Positions 1-7,758 of a stretch of 16,279 nucleotides of DNA are shown in pieces; within the stretch, counting starts at the first letter, position 1, and the number at the start of each line of letters is the position of its first letter. The DNA is from Vulcanisaeta sp. AZ3 (GTDB lineage: Archaea; Thermoproteota; Thermoprotei; Thermoproteales; Thermocladiaceae). Made by a program: the position numbers and the translations under genes. A model generated the notes under the pieces. The model did not search any database and had not been told where the DNA came from. It worked only from the letters and a program-made list of their open reading frames with translations. The stretch spans positions 1 to 16,279 of the forward strand of contig JZWU02000032.1 in assembly GCA_000960865.2 (NCBI GenBank), in the 5' to 3' direction.

Positions 1-7
1 TTTTGTT

Positions 8-199
8 TTAGGTTGTTATGTTTCCTTGTTCGTCTACTTTTGCTATTACTTTTCTTATTGTTTTTCCGTCTGGTGTTTTGAAGAGTGCCATTACGAAGCC
101 CTTCCTACCCTTTGGCTGTACCTTCCAAACCTTCGTAGGCTTCAACTTCCTACCCTCAACATCATACTCCCTCTTAGCCAAATCCTCAAGAGACACCAT
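8..199 (-). CDS. creN7: Chromatin protein Cren7 (Thermoproteales type), 63 aa; start revised to ATG at 199
   Basis: Small, Lys-rich protein. [26 protein letters not shown] matches the Cren7 signature PxKVWxLxPKGRKGVxIxLFKxPxxGK. A TATA-like element about 30 nt upstream of ATG199 argues against the 256 start. Confidence 0.9.
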   Translation of the reverse strand: MVSLEDLAKREYDVEGRKLKPTKVWKVQPKGRKGFVMALFKTPDGKTIRKVIAKVDEQGNITT

Positions 200-228
200 A
201 TTGGTCAAGAGACTTGTTATTTTGGTAG

Positions 229-238
229 TATTTAAAAA
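229..238 (-). promoter_or_regulatory. Putative TATA box of cren7 (TTTTTAAATA on the minus strand)
   Basis: Archaeal TATA-like TTTAAATA about 30 nt upstream of ATG199. Confidence 0.6.
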
Positions 239-409
239 CATCGCTTGGAAATGCAACGGACAAATATATCGGTATCAATACGCTTAATCTAACATAACTT
301 TTTTACTAACATAAAACATTTCGATAATTTCGAAAAGGCTCTGTTAAACAATATCAAGCCATGGGTTATATTAATAATACGTTAATAATATACGAGGGCT
401 ATTGAATGA

Positions 410-1087
410 TTAATTATGGTTAATAATGCCCATAGCAGTGGCTCTCTTTACGGTATCCTCACCCTCAACTACAACCGTATTTAAGCCCATTGCTACCTCC
501 TCGATTTCCCTCCTACTCATTGCTTCACCAGTGTCACTGAGCATTTCGACAATGACCAATGATGGCTGTATACCAGCCATCTTAGCGAGCATTAGCGAAA
601 GTTCTGTATGCCCAAACCTGCGTCCAATTCTACCGAGTAGTATGGGCACATGGCCTGGCGCGTAGAATTCCCTATAGAATGTTTCCTTAGCTTCATTAAT
701 TTTACCCTCGTTCATCATTTTTACTACATTTGCTAGTCTCGTTATTGTTAATGCCCTATCCTTATCCCTAATTCCTGTTTTCGTCTTTATATGATTAACG
801 TATATTGAGAATGCCGGATCATCACCATAACCAGGTCTCTTAATTAATCCATCAAAGCCTACATTACGTAATAACTCGCTCATGAAATTAAGTCCCAATT
901 GCCTGCCTATCGTGTCCTCGGTAACAAAGCATATTAATCCACCGGCCTCTCTCCTCATCCAAGTAATTATGGATGGTGTTACGTAGTCAGCCCTTATAAC
1001 GGCATCAACTTCATCCTCCCTGTTATCTGAGTCGTGAATGAAGATAATCTTACCCTGCCTTAGTAGCTCTAGTGCTTTCTCGATCAT
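410..1087 (-). CDS. ribB: 3,4-dihydroxy-2-butanone-4-phosphate synthase (archaeal type), riboflavin biosynthesis
   Basis: Motifs DSDNREDEVD, GGLIC, TGIRDKDRALT, PGHVPIL, RFGHTE and VEML, which are the DHBP synthase catalytic and metal-binding motifs. Confidence 0.95.
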   Translation of the reverse strand: MIEKALELLRQGKIIFIHDSDNREDEVDAVIRADYVTPSIITWMRREAGGLICFVTEDTIGRQLGLNFMSELLRNVGFDGLIKRPGYGDDPAFSIYVNHIKTKTGIRDKDRALTITRLANVVKMMNEGKINEAKETFYREFYAPGHVPILLGRIGRRFGHTELSLMLAKMAGIQPSLVIVEMLSDTGEAMSRREIEEVAMGLNTVVVEGEDTVKRATAMGIINHN

Positions 1088-1094
1088 TATTTCA

Positions 1095-1141
1095 TAAACT
1101 TAAGGTTTAAGTTAATAAATTTAACTTCAAATTAAGGTTTA
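1095..1141 (-). promoter_or_regulatory. ribB promoter (TATA TTTATTAA at 1119-1112) overlapped by inverted and direct repeats; candidate operator
   Basis: TAAAC-N5-GTTTA (1095-1109), AAGTTAA-N5-TTAACTT (1109-1127), and TTAAGGTTTA at both 1100-1109 and 1132-1141. Confidence 0.55.
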
Positions 1142-1276
1142 CGAAATTATTACTTGAGAAACTGAAAGTAACGAACCTAATACAACAGTCTTATTACTAT
1201 TAGGCCGTATACTAATGAATAGAACAGAACAATACTTTGCAATTGTTTTTTAAGTAAAATCATAAGAATTAATAGT

Positions 1277-2152
1277 GTGAGCGAAGTTAGAAGAATTAGT
1301 CTTGGGGTTGATTGGCTTGATTATGCATTGCTTGGTGGTGTTCCTAGGGGTAATTGGCTCTTAGTCACTGGTGAGCCTGGAGTTGGTAAGAGCGTGTTAG
1401 CCATACAAGCAGCAGGGGTTAATGTAGATGCTATGCCAGTGGTCTTTGTAAGTACAGAGACTAGGTTTTTTGATGTTGTTAGGCAAGCTAGGCAATTCAG
1501 TGTGGACTTAAGCGATGCAGTGAGCCTTAGTGATGTGTTGACTGGTAAAGTTAAGGAGGTTAAGGGGAATCTCGTAGTCATAGACTTATTCGGTTTAGCC
1601 CGCCAGTATAGAGAGTTGCTTAAGGCTAGTGAGAGCGAGGAGGGTGGTGAAGGTAAGGCTAGGGCTAGGTCGCCCTTATCTATGGAGGTTGTGATGGCAA
1701 GTATTGAGAAGGCTTATGAGGCGTTGGGGGTTGGTGAGGGGGGTGGGGGTAAGGATGTTCTTGTGATTATAGATTCATTAGCTCCCATGTGGAGTCATGC
1801 TCCATCAATGGCTAGGTTAATAACGTATAGGCTTAGGCAGAGGCTTTATAGGAGTAATGTGACTGTGCTCATGACTAATCAATTTGCACCAACCACAGGC
1901 ATGACATTCGGCTTTGGGGCTGAGCATGTGGCAGACGCTATAATTCACATGTGGTTTGAACCAGTGGAGGAAAAGAAGGAGATTAGGCGTTGGTTAATTA
2001 TTAAGAAAGCAAGACTAACAAACCATTACCGCAAGGCGGTGAGGTTCGAGATAGAACCAAACAAAGGCCTAGCACTCATAGAGCCAGGCATAGAGGAATT
2101 AAAGAAATGGTACGTCGAAAATGTCGGAAGTGGGGGATCGGGCAGTGAGTGA
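1277..2152 (+). CDS. Single-domain KaiC/RecA-superfamily (RAD55-like) ATPase
   Basis: Walker A GEPGVGKS, Walker B VIIDS, N-terminal SLGVDWLDYALLGGVPRG, GFGAEHVADAII and KKARLTNH (KMRxT-like) motifs. TATA-like TTTAAGTA at 1249-1256. Confidence 0.9.
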   Translation: MSEVRRISLGVDWLDYALLGGVPRGNWLLVTGEPGVGKSVLAIQAAGVNVDAMPVVFVSTETRFFDVVRQARQFSVDLSDAVSLSDVLTGKVKEVKGNLVVIDLFGLARQYRELLKASESEEGGEGKARARSPLSMEVVMASIEKAYEALGVGEGGGGKDVLVIIDSLAPMWSHAPSMARLITYRLRQRLYRSNVTVLMTNQFAPTTGMTFGFGAEHVADAIIHMWFEPVEEKKEIRRWLIIKKARLTNHYRKAVRFEIEPNKGLALIEPGIEELKKWYVENVGSGGSGSE

Positions 2153-2630
2153 TGGGTGTCGTGTAATGGTCATTAAGTTAATGGAGGAGTTTCTGAAGGC
2201 ATTGGTTGAAGTTGAGAGTAACGTTGAGAGTATTCGGTCTAAGCTTAGGGCTTGTGGAGGTATTGCCCAGCCTTACTTAGATGTTATTGATGGTGTTGAT
2301 CCTGGAGCCACATTATCTGCTGCTCATTCATATTATCAATATATTAAACTCGCGAAGGGCAATTTACAAGTGAACAGTGAGTATTTTCAGTACATTGATT
2401 TAGAGCTTCAGGATCTCAATAGTACTTACCTCACGATAGTTGATAATATGATGCGTGCATTGAGTGCCGAGGATTATGTGAGCGCGTCTTTCCTTGCCGA
2501 CCTTGCTTTCATAATTAGATCATACATCCTATGTACGCATGGAGGTACTAGCGATTGCGATTGGATGAGAGATTCGTTTAAGGTTAGGGTTTCTATATTG
2601 AGGAGATTTAGCAAGTCTCGAGGGGTCTGA
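2145..2630 (+). CDS. Hypothetical, predicted all-helical protein coupled to the KaiC-like gene (start 2145 GTG or 2121 ATG)
   Basis: ORF of about 160 aa. In-frame GTG at 2145 lies just inside the upstream gene's end and follows a G-rich SD-like GGGGGA. Amphipathic helical pattern, no family recognised. Confidence 0.7.
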   Translation: MSDGCRVMVIKLMEEFLKALVEVESNVESIRSKLRACGGIAQPYLDVIDGVDPGATLSAAHSYYQYIKLAKGNLQVNSEYFQYIDLELQDLNSTYLTIVDNMMRALSAEDYVSASFLADLAFIIRSYILCTHGGTSDCDWMRDSFKVRVSILRRFSKSRGV

Positions 2631-3018
2631 ATTTATAGCCGTAGTTTATGAGGCCGTATGTACCATCCATTTTTACCATCCTAAACATAACCTCGACCTC
2701 CATACCTACCGTGAGTTTCTCGGGATTTAGACAATCCACAATCTGCCCAATCACTCTAACTCCACCCAAGTCAACTACGCCTATTATTAATGGCTTCATC
2801 TTCTCAAACTCAGCCGGTACTGAATAAAGAACTGTGAAGTTCACAAGCTTACCAGTGCTTGGTAGTGGATATGGCTTAAACTCCCTAGAACCACACTCGC
2901 AAACCGCTCTTGGTGGATAATAAATACGACCGCACTTAACGCATTGAACCCCCTCAAGCCTGTAGTACTGAGGCATCCTCCTCCAGTACCTGGGTATGGA
3001 TAACTTTTGCTCTACCAT
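2608..3018 (-). CDS. DUF35-family Zn-ribbon/OB-fold protein (thiolase partner or scaffold)
   Basis: CVKCGRIYYPPRAVCECG rubredoxin-like zinc ribbon followed by an OB fold ending YGYKFRP. Lies 1 nt downstream of the thiolase-fold gene. Confidence 0.93.
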   Translation of the reverse strand: MVEQKLSIPRYWRRMPQYYRLEGVQCVKCGRIYYPPRAVCECGSREFKPYPLPSTGKLVNFTVLYSVPAEFEKMKPLIIGVVDLGGVRVIGQIVDCLNPEKLTVGMEVEVMFRMVKMDGTYGLINYGYKFRPLETC

Positions 3019-3019
3019 A

Positions 3020-4183
3020 TTAGCTCACCCTACTAAGTACTATTGATGTTGATAATAAATCAAAACCAGCCATATCTTGAACAACACCATGCTCAACCTT
3101 ACCTAAGGAATCGAATGGCTTTACACCCATTAATTCCATAACCATTAATACTAACTCATACATGCCCGAAGCACCGCCTGGAAAGCCCATGGACTTAAGT
3201 CCACCACTTGCATTAACTACTAATTTATTACCCATATCCAAAGCACTTGTCGAAAGCAACCTAGGTGTTTCACCTGGTCTCACAAAGCCCATGGACTCAA
3301 GGGCCAGCATTCCAAGTATACTATAGACATCGTGCACCTCAATTAAGCCCACGTCATTTGTGGTTATGTGAGCCATCTTAAGGGCCATGTTTGTTGCATT
3401 CCTAACCGATAATAATTCAGTTAATGAATCCCTCCGACCTATGTATGAACCGTTAGCGCCAATCCCTATCCCCTTAATCTTAATTACGGCATCACTTTTT
3501 AGAGGCTTATTACAGAGTATTACTGCCGCTGAACCATCAACCGCAGGGGCTGCATCATAAAGCCTCAGCGGATCTGCAATTACCTCAGATTCTAAAATGT
3601 CCTTTAACGTGGCCTGCTTCTTCATATAAGCAAGCGGGTTCTTACTACCCCTTTCATGCATCTTTATTGGCCATATCGCTAAATCCTCATAATCATAACC
3701 ATACTTCAACATGTACTCCCTCATGGCGAAGGCTGCCTGGGCTGCTGGAGTCACTCCGAAGAATCCCTCATACTCATAATCCGTTACTGTAGCCAAGGCC
3801 TTATTCAATCTAATGTTCGTTGCATCATGCATCTTCTCTACACCAACAACGGCAACGCAATCGTAAATGCCAGCCCTAACCATGTTATAAGCCTCAAGCA
3901 CGGCAACTCCGCTTGAACCATCACCGCTCTCAATCCTTATTGAGGGTACGTTCCTAAGGCCCACATAGTCAGATAGAAATGCACCTAGAGTGCTTTGATC
4001 CTGGAGTAACTCTGAGAAGGCGTTTGCTACGTATATCGCACCTAGGTCTAAATTACCAACTTGATCGAGAGTCTTTAGGAACGCCTCTGCAAATAATTCC
4101 TTAAGCCCCTTCTCATAATGCCTACCGCCAGATACCAGTGAGTGGGCTACGACATATACTTCTGACGTATTGAACACCAACAT
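3020..4183 (-). CDS. Thiolase-fold protein (archaeal/SCP-x-like acetyl-CoA acetyltransferase family), catalytic motifs degenerate; start ATG4183 or GTG4177
   Basis: VGVEKM, NPLA, PLRLYDAAPAVDGSAAVIL, EVHD and VNASGGL are thiolase motifs, and the gene sits next to DUF35. The ORF-track start at 4222 would overlap the divergent promoter. Confidence 0.9.
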   Translation of the reverse strand: MLVFNTSEVYVVAHSLVSGGRHYEKGLKELFAEAFLKTLDQVGNLDLGAIYVANAFSELLQDQSTLGAFLSDYVGLRNVPSIRIESGDGSSGVAVLEAYNMVRAGIYDCVAVVGVEKMHDATNIRLNKALATVTDYEYEGFFGVTPAAQAAFAMREYMLKYGYDYEDLAIWPIKMHERGSKNPLAYMKKQATLKDILESEVIADPLRLYDAAPAVDGSAAVILCNKPLKSDAVIKIKGIGIGANGSYIGRRDSLTELLSVRNATNMALKMAHITTNDVGLIEVHDVYSILGMLALESMGFVRPGETPRLLSTSALDMGNKLVVNASGGLKSMGFPGGASGMYELVLMVMELMGVKPFDSLGKVEHGVVQDMAGFDLLSTSIVLSRVS

Positions 4184-4200
4184 TTGCCATAAATGTGAAG

Positions 4201-4210
4201 TTTTTAAATA
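4201..4210. promoter_or_regulatory. Candidate shared, bidirectional TATA element for the thiolase-DUF35 operon and hmgA
   Basis: TTTTTAAATA is the main TATA-like element in a gap of about 50 bp, 24 nt from ATG4234 (+) and 24 nt from GTG4177 (-). Confidence 0.55.
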
Positions 4211-4233
4211 TTCCCTATGCATGCCTTAGGCTA

Positions 4234-5487
4234 ATGGTCGAGGAGTTAAGCATAGAGGATTTGCTTACTAAGATAGGTAATGGTGAGGTAAAGCTTCACG
4301 AATTAGATAAACTTTTGGGGGATTCGAATAAGGCGACAAGTATTAGGAGGGCCTATATAGAGAGATCAACTGGAGTAAAGCTTGAGAACGTAGGTAATAC
4401 AGTAATTGATTTTAACACCGTAGTGGGTAGAAACATTGAGAACACAGTAGGCGCCGCACAGATACCAATAGGGATTGCAGGCCCCCTACGAGTAATTGGT
4501 GATTATGCAAATGGCCTTTACTACATACCACTAGCTACCACTGAGGGGGCTCTTGTAGCCTCCGTAAATAGAGGCGCGAAGCTAGTCACAGAGGCTGGTG
4601 GTGCCAGGAGCAAGGTTATTAATGATGGAATGACAAGAGCACCTGTCATCACCGTACCTAGCATTATCGATGCTGTTGAGTTGGTTAATTGGGTTAACGA
4701 GCACTTCAACGAGGTCAGGGAGGTTGCTGAATCAACAAGTAAGCATGCGAGACTTCAGGGTATTCAGCCATTTATCGTTGGTAATAATGTATGGCTTAGG
4801 TTCAGGTTCGCGACTGGCGATGCAATGGGTATGAATATGGTAACCATAGCCACGGACAAAGCCGTTAAGTACATACTAAGTAATTTCCCGAGGGCCAGGT
4901 TAGTAGCCCTCAGTGGCAATATGTGCGTTGATAAAAAGGCTAATGCAGTTAATTTCTTACTTGGTAGGGGTAAAACGGTAGTTAGTGAGGTAATAATACC
5001 GAGAACAACGCTTGAGAAGTGGGGAGTCACTGCTAAGGATGTTTCTGAAGTTAATTATAGGAAGAATCTATTGGGTTCAGCATTAGCCCACGCCTTTGGC
5101 TTTAATGCCCACTTTGCCAATATCGTAGCTGCTATATTCATAGCCACGGGCCAAGATGTCGCCCAGGTCGTAGAGTCAAGCATGGGAATCACTTGGATGG
5201 AACCTCTGGACAATGGTGACTTATACGTGTCAGTTACATTACCTAGTCTTGAGGTGGGTACTGTGGGTGGTGGAACAGGATTACCAACACAGAGAGAGAT
5301 GCTTCAAATGCTTGGGGTTTATGGTTCTGGTAATCCCCCGGGGTCTAATGCCCTTAAGTTTGCCGAGATAGTGGCGGCTGCTGTTTTAGCAGGTGAAATT
5401 AACCTGGTTCTTGCATTAGCTCGTGATGAACTTGCCAGGGCACATGAGATGCTAGGTAGGGCTGGCAAGAGATTAGAACATAAATAA
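4234..5487 (+). CDS. hmgA: 3-hydroxy-3-methylglutaryl-CoA reductase, class I (NADPH); start revised to ATG4234
   Basis: ENTVG, PLATTEGALVAS, GDAMGMNM, SGNMCVDKK, GQDVAQ, GTVGGGT and the C-terminal catalytic His (LARAH). Confidence 0.97.
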   Translation: MVEELSIEDLLTKIGNGEVKLHELDKLLGDSNKATSIRRAYIERSTGVKLENVGNTVIDFNTVVGRNIENTVGAAQIPIGIAGPLRVIGDYANGLYYIPLATTEGALVASVNRGAKLVTEAGGARSKVINDGMTRAPVITVPSIIDAVELVNWVNEHFNEVREVAESTSKHARLQGIQPFIVGNNVWLRFRFATGDAMGMNMVTIATDKAVKYILSNFPRARLVALSGNMCVDKKANAVNFLLGRGKTVVSEVIIPRTTLEKWGVTAKDVSEVNYRKNLLGSALAHAFGFNAHFANIVAAIFIATGQDVAQVVESSMGITWMEPLDNGDLYVSVTLPSLEVGTVGGGTGLPTQREMLQMLGVYGSGNPPGSNALKFAEIVAAAVLAGEINLVLALARDELARAHEMLGRAGKRLEHK

Positions 5488-5567
5488 TGATATATATTGG
5501 GAATGATAGGTCTATAGTTCATAAGGCGAAGTGATAAGACTTATAAAGAATTGCAGTAATTTTTCTC

Positions 5568-5987
5568 TTGGGGATTAGCTTGGTAATTTATGTTTCTCCA
5601 GACAAGAAAGTTGTTGAGAAGACCCTTCAAACAGAGCTTAAGCGGATGATGCTTAGCGAGCTTATTGATGGTGAGGTAATCGTAGGTGCTGCTATTATTG
5701 ATTCAAACGGCATTCCCATCATTTATCATATCCCCAACACCCTCACTGTTAAATCCCTCAAAAACCTCCTCTCCTTAATAGAATTCGTCGATCATACCGC
5801 TAAAATCAATGATGACCTCCTTGGTTCATATCAATATCTCATAATCCGCTTCTCAAACTTCAAAATTGCTTTCTTCGAAATGGGTTCTAAGGGCTGGTTC
5901 ATGGTTTTCGTAAACCCAGTCTGGCATGTTGAGAATGTGGTGTCAAAGATAAAGCAGTTTATGATTAAAATACAAAGAATAATCTAA
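5568..5987 (+). CDS. Putative Roadblock/LC7 (MglB/LAMTOR-like) domain protein
   Basis: Helix, then IVGAAIIDSNGIPI beta-hairpin, helix, three strands and a C-terminal helix, which is the Roadblock/profilin-like pattern. TATA TTATAAAG at 5541-5548. Exact start uncertain. Confidence 0.6.
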   Translation: MGISLVIYVSPDKKVVEKTLQTELKRMMLSELIDGEVIVGAAIIDSNGIPIIYHIPNTLTVKSLKNLLSLIEFVDHTAKINDDLLGSYQYLIIRFSNFKIAFFEMGSKGWFMVFVNPVWHVENVVSKIKQFMIKIQRII

Positions 5988-6058
5988 AACCAACTTCTTA
6001 AGCTTGGGTAGAAAATTGCTGCCTCAAATATATAAGGCTGAGCTATGCGCATACTGCA

Positions 6059-6667
6059 ATGTCAAAGATTGGAGGTAATGTAAAAGTACCGGAGATGGAG
6101 GTTAAGGAGGTTTCTCTCGATCCTTCAAGAACTGCCGTCATTGTTGTCGACATGCAGAATGACTTTGTTAAACCAAATGGCAAACTATATGTACCAACAG
6201 CACAAGCTACCATACCGGCAATAAGGAGATTACTAACGAAGGCCAGAGATGCGAATGTACCAGTAATATACACGCAGGACTGGCATTTCAAGAACGATCC
6301 TGAGTTCAAGATTTGGGGTGAACACTGTGTAATGAATACTTGGGGTGCAGAGATAATAGATGAACTCAAGCCAATGCCGGATGATATAGTAATTAGAAAG
6401 CGTAGGTATGATGCATTCTTCGGTACTGATCTAGACTACGTACTTAGGCATGTGGTTCATGCTGATAATCTCGTAATAGTTGGTACAGTTGCAAACATAT
6501 GCGTATTACACACTACGGGAAGCGCAGCGTTAAATTGGTACAATGTTATTATGCCAATAGACGGCATATCCGCTCTTGATGAATTTGATTACTACTTAAC
6601 ACTTAGACAGGTTACATTCCTATACAAGGGTATACTTACGAAGGTTGACAGTATAGTATTTAAGTAA
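6059..6667 (+). CDS. Isochorismatase-family cysteine hydrolase (nicotinamidase-like)
   Basis: Asp-Lys-Cys triad (VVDMQNDF, KRRYDAF, ANICV) plus DWH and HC metal-ligand motifs. TATA TATATAAG at 6029-6036. Confidence 0.9.
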   Translation: MSKIGGNVKVPEMEVKEVSLDPSRTAVIVVDMQNDFVKPNGKLYVPTAQATIPAIRRLLTKARDANVPVIYTQDWHFKNDPEFKIWGEHCVMNTWGAEIIDELKPMPDDIVIRKRRYDAFFGTDLDYVLRHVVHADNLVIVGTVANICVLHTTGSAALNWYNVIMPIDGISALDEFDYYLTLRQVTFLYKGILTKVDSIVFK

Positions 6668-6753
6668 AATTATTTATTGCATTTTAGGAGCAGACATGCA
6701 ATTAGGGGTTCATTATAGAGCCTTTAAAAGCGCTGTATCATTAAGGTGGTGAG

Positions 6754-7758
6754 GTGAATAGGCAAGGTGGTGTTGGTGGTGAGGATTGGCATCGTTCCAT
6801 CTTATTTGTGTTGATTTCCATAGTTGTTATAATAGCCACAATAGTCATATTACTAAGGTCAGGACTTGCCAAGGCTAGGTATGAGTTGCCTAGGTATCCG
6901 CTTTACCTTGTAATATCTGAGTTAATCTACCTAGTGCAACTAGCCTTGGTCGGTGTTAGGCTTAGTATAATATTTAATAAGGGTGTTGGACATAGAATAA
7001 GTACCCCCGAATTAATTAAAATAGCTGCTGCCCAAACCTTCGCATCATTACTAGTGCCTGGTTTCTACATAGGTGGTGAGGCAGTGTCAATAGCTTACTT
7101 AACCAGTAATGGGCTACCGACCACAAGAGCCACGGAGGGTATTACACTTAGGTATGCCATAGACACCATAACGTTAGCCTCAATGGCATTACTGCTGTAT
7201 TTACTTAACCTTGTTGTTATTCCCTATATAGCGTTAGTAATTGCCTCGGTATTGTTGATTGCTTATGCTGTGTTGTTCATAACGATAGTTAGTGCGAGGC
7301 TTGGTAGATATATCGAGGGGTTCCTGAGGTTTCTTAGTTCTAGGATTAACTTTATGAATAGATTAATAGTAATTAATGAAAATGAGGCTTACGGGATTAA
7401 ATTATCGTTAAAAGATTATTTTATTCTATTTTTACTATCTGTGCTGCAGTGGGTTCTCACGGGGCTTAACGTGACTTTGATCCTCAATGCCCTAGGTATA
7501 AATGCTAATTTACTCACGGGTATCGTAATATCAATATCGTATGTAGTACTCACATACATATCGGTGCTTCCAGGATCGGCAGGGATCGGGGAGTTAGTAA
7601 ACCTATATATATTGGATAGTCTTGGGTTAGGTAATTATTACCTAGCGTATGATGTATGGTTCAGGATAATAACATATGTAGCACCACTAATAATACTAAT
7701 GCCCATATTCCTAAGTGTAACAAGGAAAATAACAATTATTAATCGCAGAAATCCCTAA
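6754..7758 (+). CDS. UPF0104 / lysylphosphatidylglycerol-synthase TM-domain (flippase-like) membrane protein
   Basis: About 8 hydrophobic segments, with the motifs PGFYIGGE, PGSAGIGE and WFRIITY. TATA TTTAAAAG at 6723-6730. Confidence 0.8.
   Translation: MNRQGGVGGEDWHRSILFVLISIVVIIATIVILLRSGLAKARYELPRYPLYLVISELIYLVQLALVGVRLSIIFNKGVGHRISTPELIKIAAAQTFASLLVPGFYIGGEAVSIAYLTSNGLPTTRATEGITLRYAIDTITLASMALLLYLLNLVVIPYIALVIASVLLIAYAVLFITIVSARLGRYIEGFLRFLSSRINFMNRLIVINENEAYGIKLSLKDYFILFLLSVLQWVLTGLNVTLILNALGINANLLTGIVISISYVVLTYISVLPGSAGIGELVNLYILDSLGLGNYYLAYDVWFRIITYVAPLIILMPIFLSVTRKITIINRRNP

Noticed and set aside
18-287. Plus-strand ORFs 18..287 and 26..235
   Set aside because: They are antisense shadows of cren7. 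The [11 protein letters not shown]-type composition follows from the A-rich cren7 3' half.
257-409. Possible replication origin or CRISPR remnant in the AT-rich gap
   Set aside because: There are no ORB-like G-string repeats, no cdc6/whiP neighbour in the window, and no regularly spaced 24-37 bp repeats.
1277-2152. Circadian clock KaiC or RadA recombinase
   Set aside because: It has a single ATPase domain, no kaiA/kaiB neighbours and no RadA N-terminal HhH domain.
4195-4222. Apparent head-to-head overlap of the thiolase and hmgA ORFs
   Set aside because: This is an artefact of longest-ORF starts. Starts at 4183/4177 and 4234 leave a normal promoter gap.
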